DNA from: Basidiobolus meristosporus CBS 931.73
Lineage: Eukaryota; Fungi; Basidiobolomycota
Reading direction: 5' to 3'
Length of the DNA stretch: 64,000 nt
Assembly: GCA_002104905.1 (NCBI GenBank)
Contig: MCFE01000284.1
Span: 1 to 64,000 of the forward strand
Shown here: one piece after another, positions 51,021 through 63,947 of the stretch
Layout of the letters: the number at the start of each line of letters is the position of its first letter
Numbering within the stretch: position 1 is the stretch's first letter
Notes under the pieces: model-generated
Told to the model about the DNA's origin: nothing
Database searches by the model: none
What the model saw: only the letters and a program-made list of their open reading frames with translations
Program-made: the position numbers and the translations under genes

Positions 51021-54000
51021 CATGCGCAGGCCTACACCAATAAAGCAAGTCCACACTAACTTTGAGAATAAGAAGAATTAGTTGATATTGACTTGCTTAT
51101 TTTAATTGATAGATGCAAACAGAGAGTTTCACATGCCTTTCTGACTGGCCATTTAGTTTGGAGGGACTAGGCAGTGGACTATTGTACATTGCTGACAGAT
51201 AGCTTACTATACCAAGCCCAGCACCAAAGTCAACTGCGTACATGATACATGGGGCCTATGACAAGTCTGCGGACCACTGCACAAAGTAACCCAAAACCTT
51301 GAGCGGCTAAAACCTAGGGGCTTCGTGATTTACCTACAATCAGAGTGTGCCTCACCAGAAATCAATCTGACGGGCCTTGCCTCTAAGGGTAAATCATCGT
51401 ATCCGGGAATTTGGCACCATCACAACACAGACGCTTTGAGGCGGTGCGCATTTCACCATTCAATCACCCAGAATTGAAGGCTCGTCGTGATAGAGGATTT
51501 GATCGAAGCAGGTCATTTGTACCGGGACAACACCTGTTGCACAGCGTTGAAGATCCACCAGAAAGGTTGGGTGGATGATTGTGCGCTGGATCTGCCTTGA
51601 CAGGCTCTTGGTAACTCCTTCCGGAATATCCATTCAACCCCGGCAAGGAAAGCGCTAATAAACACAAGAGAGAATCTGCGCATAGTTGTGTATGGCCCAT
51701 ATTGGAGTGATTTGTGCGTGGTTGAAAGTGCGGAAATCAGGATTCATTAGCGATCTCAAATTGAGCATTTACAGTTCGGCCTAGAGTCAGGGGAGCGGAT
51801 GGGAGTTTGGGACTTCGTTAAGCAGGCTGGTCATCAAATGCATTTATGGATGATGCTTCTTCCATATCAAGAAGTGGCATCAAGCAGACGTGTATACGAG
51901 ATCACTGATGCGATTAGATGGAATCTACGGAGGAAATCCGGATTGACCACTTTGTGGATATCTGTCTAGCCTGTTGGCGACAACGTCAATATCCAGGATT
52001 GCCTTGCCTTTGCTTACGTGGTTCGCCTTGTGGCATTTACCATGAGTGTTTGTCACTTCGACCCTGATATCGTAACCGATGTCGAAAGATTCTCAAATTC
52101 CCCAGCGCTGCCAACGCCCCGATCCTTGCTACCATGTACCCAACTGCCACTTGACTCGGCCTAATGCCCGCTACTCGATACATCCTGATGCCCATCCGCC
52201 ATATTCACAGGTTCTCAAGAGTATGCATCCTATTTGTTCATCCCAGGCTGGAGATTCCGAGCTGGTTGAATACCAAGCCCTTCCAAGCGTGTCAGAAGAT
52301 CGCTAGATGGTGGAGTCAACAACATAGGGTTCCAGCTTGGGTGTTCAAGTTGATTAACCAGAATCCCGAATGCTGATTGGCCCGCAAAAATGCATCCGTA
52401 GGGCGGCAGAGGGTCAGGGAGATTCCATATTCATGTGGCGAGGAGAGGGCCAGTTTCGAGGGTTAAGCCTCAATCTCCTTTTATGAATCCAAGGTGGGAC
52501 CTGTACCAGACCTTGGTGGTTTATGCATCCTCAGGTGGCATTCACGTTGCCGCCTTCTTCAAGAAGACATGTAACCATCGAGCAATCATCGATCCTATGT
52601 ACCTTGGCAACGGTGGTCAGGGGGCCAAGCGAGCTTCGCTGACGAGCACTAGGGTAAGGGTCGGACGGAGTAAGACGTGGGATTCCCTAGAATCCAACTG
52701 GCTGGTGCCAAGGTGTTTTGGCGCAGGCGTCTCCTGGAGTGGCTGGAATACTGAAGCGGCGGCACAGCAACGGTATGCGCCCGGTGGTCACCCATCGAAC
52801 GGATTTGTCCAAGCATCTGATGTGAAAGTCGATCCATACTGTTTTGTAACATTCCCGCTCTATGCGGCGCTCGGTGACATGGTTATGACCAAGGCACGAT
52901 GGCCATACGGGGCCATTGGTAGACGGGAGAGATTAACAGTCGATTAGATTGACCTCGTATTAGACAATCCGTGATCGAGGTGGGTGATGCGCTATGGCTG
53001 CGAGGTGGATGAGTAACTTGGCGGCGATTCGGATTGGCATTGGAAGTCGATAGTGCGACCGTCTCTGATAAATGTGACATAACCATAGATTATCAAGATT
53101 CCACATACTCCGTGGTCTGTTCATGACCTCCCACTTCAAGCCAGGCTGTCTTGGTCGATGCTCGCATGGCATTCAGGGCTTTTCGTTTGCTCCGGTATCT
53201 GCTCCCCAATAGGATCCGATCCTTCGACTCGAGCATTGGATGATGACAGCAATTCAATGGTGTCGCTGGCCATCGGCTAGATCTGAATTCGATGGATCCC
53301 TCGCTTGTGCAACGCCAGCCATGTGAGCTGGAAAGAATGCTAGCGCATTGCTAACCATCCAGAGTATACCCGCTCACCTGGATTTGATCCTCCCCCAAGC
53401 CTAGTAGATTCGTACGTCGATTCTTGAATAGTACTCCTTGCCTTATACAATCTGAACCCTACAACCCTTTGATAGATTATATTTGATGATCCCTGGATGA
53501 GCTGTCGCTTCGCTTCCTTGCTCATGGGAACAATTGAATGATCTTGTCCCACTTCCACCATGAATGGGGTCCGTCAAGGCCACCCCTGTTTCGCCCACCA
53601 GTGGGCCATGCTCAGGAAGCCGATGCTTGTCTCAACGCACTAGCTGGAGGGTGTTGACGGCAGGGCATTACGCGGCACCCAAACCTGACGGAGTGAGCGC
53701 CAGGGGCCCGTGCAATGCCGAAGGGAAGTGGCGGACGGAAACGGGTGAAGCCAGGCATGCGCTGCACTGATCCACATCTAGCAAGGATATCCTTCAGTCG
53801 GGAAACCCTCCTCAGCCATAAGCTCATACGATCCCATTCGCAATGTGCGACGACCAAAACATCCCGAATTCCTCTGGATGCAGTGACGCTGGATTCGAGA
53901 TAATCTTGATTTTCTTGATTCGTGGTCGCCTTGGCCGCTGGAACGATTGGCTGCCAGGCTTGGGTGATTTTGATAATCTACTTGGCTCAGTAGGCCAACT

Positions 54001-54631
54001 CACACCCTTGGGCGCTTGGTGGCCTTCCTGCAACCTCCATGTCTCAGCTCCATTCGGCTGGACTCGTTGTATGGACAGACACTCCGCCCAGCCCCCTGCT
54101 CTACCCGACCGCTTCCAAGGTGGGAGCGTGGTTTCGGAGAACTGGTAGTCGTGCGGGATCTTGGCCGTGAAAAGTGGCGTGCAGCAAGCGGTTACCGTGA
54201 TTCCAGCTGGGAATCACTTGGGTGGCGGAATTGTCTAGCGCAAAAATCCATCAAAATACCAGTATCCCTTGACGAAATGAGAGGCGTGATCGAATATGAA
54301 ACAATTGATTGCCCGCCTCATGACATGTGTGCCAAGTGCCCATGGTACATGCCTTGTCTGCAAGAGAATTCAATGCCTCAGATGGAGCCAAAATGGGTGG
54401 CCACCGGTTCACAGGGAATCTGAATCCAGCTGGTTGCGATCATTGGTGAATCGTGAACTTCGTTGTGGTGCAACCCGGCTGCCATATTGGCTCTGCGGGT
54501 GGCCGATTTGGGAATTTCCTTTTTATGGCAGTCGACTTAACTGCCGATATATAAGCGGATGTGGGGCCGGGGTTGTCAGTCATACTCTCCACGTCCATTC
54601 TTGCAGATATATTCGAAGTTTCTTGTACAAA

Positions 54632-56551
54632 ATGTCTCCACAGCTATACACCGACTCAGCCGACACTTCTTTTAAAGGTATTTCGTCGTGGAGTCGGCCT
54701 CTATTTGGAGCCGTTTGACTGATTGTGAATTAGTACCAAAAGGCAAGAAGATCCTGAGGATCGATTCCATCAACCCTCAAGTAAGGGAGGTACAATACGC
54801 AGTTCGTGGTGAGATTGCCATCCGTGCGGAAGAGTTGAAGAACGTAGGTCGTTGATGCTCACCCTGATCTGTATCTGCACTGACTAAACCTCCAACAGGA
54901 GCTCGACACAAAGGGATCCAATCTTCCATTCAAGGAGATCGTCAACATCAACATTGGCAACCCTCAGCAGCTAAAGCAGAAGCCAATTACCTTCTTCAGA
55001 CAGGTTAGCGCGCGGGCACTTCTCTTGCGTTTGATCAGCTCTTAACTGTGTTTATTAAGGTGGCCTCTCTGGTGGAATATCCCGACTTATTGTTGGAGGA
55101 GAACCAAGAGAAGGTGAAGACCTTGTTCGCCACAGATGCCATCGTAAGGGCAAAGCTGCTTGTTGATGCATGTGGCGGTAGTGTTGGTGCCTACAGCCAT
55201 TCGCAAGGAATCCCCCATATTCGCAAAAATGTTGCCAAATTCATCGCAGGTAGGTAGCAATGCAACCTCTATCTTTTGGTTGGATGTTAATGGCTATATT
55301 CCAGAACGGGACGGCTTCCCCGCTGATGCTAGCAAGATCTTCTTAACCATGGGGTAAGTCATTGCTGAGTTGTGTTGAGAGTGGCCCTGAAGATTCTAAT
55401 GGATGATCTCCGAAGCGCTTCCGCCGGTGTCCAATTAGCCTTGCGCTTCATCATCGAGAACTCAAAGGTTGGAATCATGATTCCGATCCCCCAATACCCA
55501 CTCTATACCGCCACACTTTCCCTGTACGAAGGCCAAGCTGTCCCTTACTACCTGGATGAAGAGAAGGACTGGGGCATGGATGTACGTTAGACTCAACAGA
55601 ATCTTGTCGTGTTCATCTTACTAAATCCGTCTTGATATAGATCGGAGAACTGAAGAAGTCCATTGATGAGGCTCGTCAGAACGGCGTTGATGTAAGGGCT
55701 CTGTGCATCATCAACCCCGGTAACCCTACTGGACAATGCCTTGCTGAGCAAAATATGCGTGAGGTCATCGCATTCTGCCAGCAGGAAAGAGTCGTTCTAT
55801 TAGCCGACGAAGTCTACCAGGAGAATATCTACATGCCTAGCACCAGGCCTTTCCACTCGTTCAAGAAGGTCCTGAAGTCCATGGGCCCCTCCTATGACGA
55901 TGTGGAGCTTATCTCCTTCCATTCGATCTCCAAAGGAATGATCGGTGAATGTGGTCGCCGTGGTGGCTACTTCGAGTGTGAGGGGATCGAACAGGAAGTA
56001 ATTGATGAAATGTACAAGATTTCCTCTGTTTCCTTGTGCCCCAATGTTCAAGGACAGATCATGGTGGATCTCATGGTGAATCCACCAAAGCGTGGTGACG
56101 AGTCATACGAATCTTACCAGAAGGAAATCGATGATATCTACCAGTCCCTTAAGCGTAGAAGCAGTAGACTCTGCGACGCCTTCAATGAGCTGGAGGGTGT
56201 GACTTGTAATAAGGCCGAGGGGGCACTCTATTTATTCCCCAAGGTCAGACTTCCGGCAGGGGCTATCAAAGCGGCTCAAGACGTTGGCAAGAACCCTGAT
56301 GATCTCTACTCCTTGGCCATGCTTAACGAAACTGGAGTGGTAAGTTGATGATCTTGGATGAATTAGCTGCATGGTATTTGAAATTGACTTATTATTGGTT
56401 CCAGTGTGTAGTCCCAGGCAGTGGCTTTGGACAAGAAGAGGGTACCACTCACTTCCGTGCTACTTTCCTACCTCCTGAACATCTTTTCAGCGAGTTCATT
56501 GAGCTACTGAAACGCTTCCATCAAGGGTTTATGGATAAATACCGGGATTAA
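54632..56551 (+). CDS. ALT1: Alanine aminotransferase (PLP-dependent class I/II aminotransferase), 8 exons
   Basis: Exons 54632-54677, 54734-54843, 54899-55003, 55060-55249, 55305-55353, 55416-55581, 55641-56339 and 56405-56551, with GT-AG introns in frame. Motifs YAVRGE, NIGNPQQL, GAYSHSQG, IPIPQYPLY, INPGNPTG, ADEVYQEN, SFHSISKG..GECGRRGGY, VVPGSGFGQ. Confidence 0.95.
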
Positions 56552-58793
56552 ATCTTGGGATCTGCCTTCTATACCAGTTTCCCCACCAGAAGATCAGCAT
56601 ATTTATATAACGCTCACTCGTATAGCAGCATTATATGACCTTTCATTTATGTATTGTATTAATCTATAATCTTTGAAGTAAACCCAATGGAATCGGTGTA
56701 ATTAGACTTCATAACTCAGTACAATTGATTGATCTGAAAGGGACTTTCTATTATATTATGGTTTGTGTGCCGGGTACCAATTTGGTGGTATTAGACAACT
56801 AGTGTGTGATTGAGGGCTGCTCATTACCACATACAAAATTATATGATTGTACCCTGCCCAGGTAACCCATATAGCTTACATAAAACAGCTTATACCGATG
56901 ATTGGACATTAGAAAGTTTTAGCAGTCTATCGGAGGTGAAAGAAAGCAGAGCTCACGACTCTTTCTACTTGAAATGCAGGCATTAATCAGGGTACGTGCT
57001 CAAGGTAGAACCCCTTCTTATTCAACATCGCTTTCCTTTATGGCAAATGCTGAACACAAAAGGCAGTAAAAAACTAAGCTCACCTACCATACAGACGCAA
57101 TGCTTGCCTTGATCAGCAACTCCACAATTAATTCAAAACCATATCTGATGACAATACTGATCTCCACCTCGTAGATATAGGCATTGATTCCTTTGATAAG
57201 ATTATATTGAAAGGTGAATGATATAGGTAAAGATGAAGGCCATTAATTGGATGAGCTTTTTTTAAGTTGGTCTTTCCATGAAACAACAACACGTGAAGAG
57301 GAAATGAGGGTGGCTAATTTGCAGAGGGGAATTACACCATTGCTTTTCTGAACTAGAAATCCTCTGGCTGGTGGTTGCCTCGTTGTGATTCTCTCATCAT
57401 AATTATCATAAACAACAGCGGCCATCGGATCAGGAGCTGGTAGAGAAGAGTACTATGAGATATTGTTAACAAATATATGTCTAAATGTACATTGCCAAAA
57501 GCTGGTACATTGCACTTTGGTCAGCTTGTAGGTAAGGTGGTTTATCAGTCACATTTACATAGTCAATATCGCCTATACCATGTAAGAAATTGTTACAGGT
57601 GTATGTAGTGTTGCTTACATAGTCTAAGAAAGACTATACTGAGATTGACTTGTGAATGACTCAAGCACATTGGAGGATTATTTACTGAAGCAAATCCAAT
57701 GTAGGTGAATTTTGGTTACAAGAATTGGAACTAGCTGAAGTATACTTGCTAGTGTAATAGATGCAAAGCAAAAGGACCCTAGTATGTTTACTTTGAGCAC
57801 CTTACTACTGAGATCATTAGTCTTAAACTTCAATGTTGATTGCAAGAGAATCGAGTAGTTCTATGGCTCAGGTAAAATCCATATTGCTCTTGGTTATTCA
57901 AAATCATTTTGAGTCCTCATATTTGGTCTGATGGATAGAGTTGTAACCCTTGGTTCCAGGTAAATAATTCTGATGGGTGCCATCAGAATACCATACAAAA
58001 ATCAGCAAAAACCCAACCACATTCCAAAAACCAGGGGACACTATTAAATGCGATATGTGTGCCCTCGTATACTCTTTCCATGAGGAAGCTGTAGATGTTT
58101 ACCACTGACTTTTGTATTGATCATGTGCAGCATGAAATATTTGGTTGTTAAAGGAGCGGAATACCATGAAGAACCCACAGGGCAAATGTTGAGGTACCGG
58201 CCAAAACCGAAGTTTGAATTGCACTACATGAGAATGGTTGAAAACTAGCAAGCATTCAACGATCACTGAAGTGGCGATTCTGCACCTTCATAAAATTCTC
58301 AAATCCGGAGATTGCTGCACATGTGCAGGGATTTTTGTATATCATACAGAGACGCCTTAGATATCCTCATACTCCCAGCTGCCAGCTTTCGAACTGCCAC
58401 TGCTGCGCATAGTACCTCTAGGCGTATGTGGAACAGAGCGGGGTTCTTGTGTATGTGGGGACACGAAACGATTTACCGGGCGAGTTTCTAAAAAACATAT
58501 TTATTTGCTTGTCATCCCATCCAAGCGGTAAAGTTGGACAGCAATGAGTGGAAGGAAAGAGGAAAATATATAAAATCTTACATACATTCTAAAGATACGA
58601 AGATCACGTCAAGTGGTAGGGGGTGGAGAAGAAGGAGCCTTCACTTACGTGGATGAGTCAAACAATCCCATCTTCGCATGTCCACAGAGTGGGTAGATGG
58701 ATGAGGGTCAAAAGAGAATGAATGTGGAAAGAATGTTGCGAGAGGATAGCATTATAAATCATTATAAACGTTGGGAAGCAAAGACTGGACGCT

Positions 58794-60416
58794 CTATTCG
58801 GACTTCTTCTTCTTCTTCTTGTCCTTCTTCTCCTTCTTTGGCTCCTCGTCGTCGGACTCGGCCTTTCTCTTCTTCTCCTTCTTTTCCTTCTTCTCTTTCT
58901 TCTCCTTCTTCTCGGTCTTAGGGGTTTCAACGGCAGCCTCGCTGACCTCAGATTTGGATGGAGTGGTGGGGATGACTGCGTCAGTCTTGGCGTTGTAGCT
59001 ATCGGTGTTGTTGTTGAACTCGAACTTCTTCTGTCCCTTGGGGGTCTTGTTGGGGGTTCTGGCAGCTCCAGCAGCGAAGCGGCCCTCCAACTGACGAAGA
59101 CGAGCCTCAACCTTGGCGCGGTTCTCCATACCAACCTCGGGTGTATCCTTGTCACCCAAAGCATCAACACGAATGGAGATGGCGGCCTTGGTAGCAAGCA
59201 TACGAGCAATCTTACCCTTCATCTTGGGACCAGCTTGACCAATCAAGGAAGCATGGTAGATGAGACCGTACTTGGGTGTGTCGTGCTTGGTCTTGAGGGC
59301 TCTGAACAAAGCCTTCTCAGCACCAAGGATCTGGACAGTAGAGGCAGGATGCTTGGCAAGGTTCATGAGGGAACCGGCGTGTGCGATCAAACGAGCACCA
59401 ACAAGCTCACCAACAAGGGTGGTAAGGTTGGGGGCGATGGCGACCATACGGTTCTTGAGGTATTCGTAAAGCTGGGTACGGTACTCGGTGATGGAGATGA
59501 CCTGCTCACACAAGTGGGTGATGTTCATGATATCCTCGTCGGAGATTTCAGTACCCATAGAGATCTCAGCAGCATCCTTGAGTTCCTTCTCGAGCTCCTC
59601 AGGAAGAATGTTGGAGAGATCAGTCTTGGAAGCATTGGTACGGAAGCCCATGGCCTTGACGACACGGGCGAAAGCCAAGTTGTCAACAATGATCTTGGCC
59701 ATTTCAGGGAAATGCCATCCGTACCATTCCTTGGCGCGCATGGCGTAGGTGTTCAACTCCTTGTCCAAGTCATCAAGCAAAGCGATAGCCTGAACGATCA
59801 TAGTATCAACCTTGTCGGGGGAGAACTTAAGCTTGTAACGAGAGAGGGAGTGGGAGAGACCAAGGGCCATAGCGTTCATATCCGATTGAGGGATACCGGT
59901 GAGGAGGGAAGAGATTTGACTACGGATACCACGGTAAAGCTCGTTCACAGTAGAGTCGGAAAGGACCTTGATACCAAGCTTCTTGGAGATGGAACCACCT
60001 TGGGTATGGGGTTAGTAAACGCGTGTGGGGCTGGAGCAGCAGGCGGTAGGAGAATATCTTACCAAGCTTGGAGTCGGCGACAATCAAACTCTCCTTCTTC
60101 ATTTCTTTCTCGCTAATCTCGTCACTCAAGAATTTCTTCAAGCTTTTGTCGAGTTTGCCCTCAACGATGGCGGTGGCGGCGGACAAAGCCTCGATGGTGT
60201 TCTCGAATTTTTGGAACGCCTTCAATTTGATACTACGGAAAAGAAAGTGGGTTGAGTCAAAGGCAAAGGTACGCAGCATACAGTACACACTCACGCTTGG
60301 TTGGCCTTCTCGGCGGTCTCAAACTCCTTATACAGGTCATCGGGTTTCTCTATTTTACCGTCGTCCAAGAGTTTGAACAAGGCGTAACCGGCCGGGGTTT
60401 CGTGGAGGACCAACAT
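58794..60416 (-). CDS. NOP58: Nucleolar box C/D snoRNP core protein Nop58, 3 exons
   Basis: Exons 60416-60295, 60232-60063 and 59998-58794. [15 protein letters not shown]; [16 protein letters not shown] (Nop58-type rather than Nop56); WYGWHFPE; [14 protein letters not shown]; KKE-repeat tail. Confidence 0.96.
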
Positions 60417-60499
60417 GTTCTAGCAAGACTGCAAAAGTGTACTAAACACTGTGGGGAGAAATCAAAAGGCTGTGTTTCGAGACAATACGAGCCTTGAAG

Positions 60500-60575
60500 T
60501 GATGGCGAAAAAAAAATCAAATAAAGAAAAAAAAACTAGCGAAAAAAATTCGTTTTTCATGCGCGGGATGATTGG
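60500..60575 (-). promoter_or_regulatory. NOP58 upstream region with two GCGAAAAAAA tracts (RRPE-like)
   Basis: GCGAAAAAAAAATC at ~60506 and GCGAAAAAAATT at ~60539, 90-130 bp upstream of the ATG. Resemblance to the yeast ribosome-biogenesis RRPE motif only. Confidence 0.25.
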
Positions 60576-61018
60576 CGATTTTCAGTGGTAACGTTGATAT
60601 TTTAAGCTACAAATGAATCGAAATCAGGGTAAAGTTAACCAAGTTTCATGCTGGCATCAAATCTACTGTCAGGCCACATCACTGCGAAGCCTGCAATTTG
60701 TCCCGATTCTTTATTAATTGGTTGAACTGATCGAAAAATATATGCCAGAATTATAAAATTGGTTGCAGCAGTGATTCACCGCGAAATATTTGGTCGATTT
60801 CAACGGCGGTTTGATAGTTGGTTCTGCTTAGGATGGATATATTCACAAAGATGCATATACAGAAAAGGCGAACAGGAAGAGTCACTCAGTGTCCGAAGCC
60901 AACGTGAAATATATTCTTTCACACAGAATCGCTTTGTAACGACAGCTCCAGGTCGTTCCATTTGTTATCAGCCTCTTTGTCAACCGGCAAATCGTCCAGA
61001 TGGGGCGGCTCAAGATTT

Positions 61019-61550
61019 TCAGGGATTGCGATGTCTGTTGGGGGGAAAGGTCAATACAATGGCTCTATTCATAGTGTGGCAGAAATACCCACCATCTGCG
61101 GGGAGCTCATCTTTGCGCCATTTTTCATCAACGATGTCAATGAAGTTGCTAGAACGCTGGTGGAGATAAGTGAACTGGCTATCCTTGTAAATCCAAGAGT
61201 AATTAGGCAAGGCAAAGGTGGGTCGATAAGATATTGAGGTTTACCATGCTGTGAAGCAAGCTAAGGAAAGGAGTTTCGGGAAGAACACTGGGTAGAAGTG
61301 GATGTACTTATGACGGGGCTCTTTTCAACAAATTCACCCGAACAATAAACAAACACATCGTTTGTTGCCCGTTCTACGGATTTTAATTGGCGCAGCATCT
61401 GATTGATTTGTTAAAATATTGGAAATGATGGGATTCGGAATAGGATATATATTAAAATATATGTCGGCCCCTTGTTTGGTTACAGCGTAATTACCAATAT
61501 TATCGTCTCCAAACAAGGTTATGTGGAGTATAGGACTTGCTATGGAATCC
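61019..61550 (-). CDS. Possible small orphan gene or pseudogene (two protein-like exon candidates)
   Basis: Open minus frames ..LFGDDNIGNYAVTKQGADIYFNIYP.. and ..IVDEKWRKDELPADGGYFCHTMNRAIVLTF.. look protein-like. Start and splice sites could not be fixed. Confidence 0.25.
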
Positions 61551-61873
61551 GCTGGTAAAATTCATCACTAGCTCCTAAGCTGTATTCTTTTACATTTTGA
61601 TATTCCGTACTGATAATAGATATAGATGATTGCTAGCTATCTGATGTGCCGGCTTGCGGGTTTAGCTTGAGTAGAGGCAAGTCTAATGATGCTCGATTCG
61701 AGATTTATATCCCGAGCAATACCACTGACAAAATTCATGACATGTGGTTCGTCGAGAATGAGGGGAGGGGAGGGTAGGGGAAACGGCTGAATAGCAATGT
61801 CAGAGTGCTGAATTTATCCAATAGATATATACAGAGGCGAGTTGCCTACAAATACAACACTTGTAAACAGTCT

Positions 61874-62882
61874 CTAGGATAGTGTTTTGAACTGAGGCTC
61901 TATGTGGAGCAGGGGAGGATGTCGTTTTCGTGTGAGTGTATAGTGCTCGGACGTCGGCAAGTCCTCGTTGACTTTGTACCGGTTATTGTCAGGCCGAAGA
62001 AGCAAGATGATTCCATCGCTGCAGGATATGGCCACGGCGTGAAGACTCAGCACACCATACCCTGGTGAGAGAAAATTCACCGGAAAGGATGTCATCGATT
62101 GATGAGATTTGATGATAAAAAACGCATGATCTACAGTATCCATATCCTCAGGCTCGATGTATGTAAGGAGCGGGACACCAATCATCTCCTCTGGCATGAT
62201 CCCAAGCAGATTTTCTGTAGCGTTCGAAGCAAACAAGATGGCGTGTTTTAATGTAAATCGATTGATGACGAGACACACCCTAGGCTCTGGGGTAAGGTCT
62301 CTAAATGCGGAATCCACGTTGGGATATCTTATGAGAGCAACCGGCCGGTTGAAGGAGTCCTATGCAACTTGGTCAGAAATGGTAAAGACTGGTCGTAAGA
62401 AGTGGAGAGTACCATTGTCTCTAGCCCCTTGGTGAGTATTCTGGTCCTCTCGATTGGCGCCACACGGCGATTTGCTACAGAAAAGATAGTATGGTTCGTG
62501 AATCCGTGTGCTCGTTCAAGGCAATAAATCCAGTAGACTTACGTATGAGTTGACACTTGAAGCGGGGTGGGCCGGTGATGAGAGAATAATACACCACCAT
62601 CATGTCATGACATATGACGCCTATCACTTCAGCATAAACGTAGAAGCCCGTTTTGTGTCTGGTTCGACATAGAATTACTGAAAATAATTTGTCCTCCTTG
62701 AGTGCTGCGTGATACACGATCTTAACACCTTCTTTGTCATCAGGATGGTACAGGAAGTCCCATTTTTGCCCAACAATGTCTTCAGGTTGAAAGCCTAACA
62801 CTTCAGTTACATTGGACGAAACAAACAAATAGGTTGCATCGGGACTTGAATCTAGGAAAGTCATAAAATCAGGCTCTATCAT
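61874..62882 (-). CDS. Tandem PAS-domain protein with no visible output domain, 3 exons
   Basis: Exons 62882-62543, 62474-62413 and 62359-61874 splice in frame. PAS-1: YLFVSSNVTEVLGFQPEDIVG..YHPDD..RTRHKTG. PAS-2: EPRVCLVINRFT..ILFASN..LLGIMPEEMIG..YIEPED. Confidence 0.85.
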
Positions 62883-63947
62883 TGCGTTTGTCAGTGGGGA
62901 GACTCTGGGATATTGTTGGATGGGTGTGCGCAAAGAAGTCGTGGATATCGGGGGAAATAGTAATAGGTGGTTATAAATACAGAGGCAAGTTTTCCAAGAA
63001 AAGAGTAACGAAATACAGCCTCAGCCTACTCGCTGTTGACCATGTTCAGATGAACCCGTATTATATTTAGATCACACTGTTACAATACTTGTTCACATAG
63101 ATTCTGCTTGTAACGGTATTCGTCCTATGATATCGCTTTTGACCTCATATACTCGGCAAAATATATATTAATTACCGTAGGATTCTAGAGATCAGTGGAT
63201 GTTACCTTTCCACATTGGGTTGATGCATGACCCACAGAAGATGGGTGTTACCTGATTAATGGCAAGAGTAGGAATATTTGTTACAGTGACTGCTCCGCCT
63301 TCGCGGAACCCTCGGCACGCCGCAGAGAAGATTCTACAATGAATCACTCGTCATGCGTAATAAGAGCTGTCCATGTCTCTTCGAGGAGAAGACCCCAGTG
63401 TCAGAAACGAGTGGTATGGTGGAGTTTACTGCTGCCGAATAGATCATGTTTCAAGCGTGTCCAAGTCACAAGAGCCCGACGCCTGATTGGACTGCCGATT
63501 CTATTTAGTTTAGATTAGCAATAACTCAAGTTTCCTGGATGTCCACCACAAATCAACCCATGTCTCTCATCTGGCTGCCAGCAGCGAGTCGATTTGTCCG
63601 CCTTGTTGCACCAGCCGAGGCGAATTTCCTTATCAAAAACCCAACAGCTCACTGGTGAAAACAATGAAAAAGAGATGGTACCCAGGAGTCCACGTTCCGT
63701 GTTGCTGAACACTTGTTTAATCCAAGGATTTGCCCTAACGCGACCACAATCCAGCTTGCACTTGCCATCGATACAAAGCCAATCACCCTCGTACATACCA
63801 CGCATTCAATCAATGCGTACCCGCCGTAAAATAGCGACCTCTTTAAATATACGTTATACTCAGCAATTTTGGAAATTTTATTTCCTTCTGTATGTACAGC
63901 AAGTTCGTTACAACCAAAAAGCCGGCAGTACTCAATGTGCAATAATA

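Noticed and set aside
57243-57425. 60-aa minus ORF MAAVVYDNY..
   Set aside because: Short, with no motif and no splice partner that I could support.
58315-58328. 14-bp perfect palindrome CTGCACATGTGCAG
   Set aside because: Single occurrence with no context; compatible with chance in 64 kb.
59235-60116. 293-aa plus-strand ORF, plus smaller ORFs at 58658-59948
   Set aside because: Antisense or alternative-frame shadows of NOP58 caused by strong codon bias and the KKE repeat. No independent motifs.
59999-60294. Intronic snoRNAs in NOP58
   Set aside because: Both introns are only 62-64 nt and show no C/D box pair.
63515-63942. 96-97 aa minus ORFs downstream of RPS5
   Set aside because: They overlap the presumed RPS5 3' UTR, have no recognisable motif, and one starts at a non-ATG codon.
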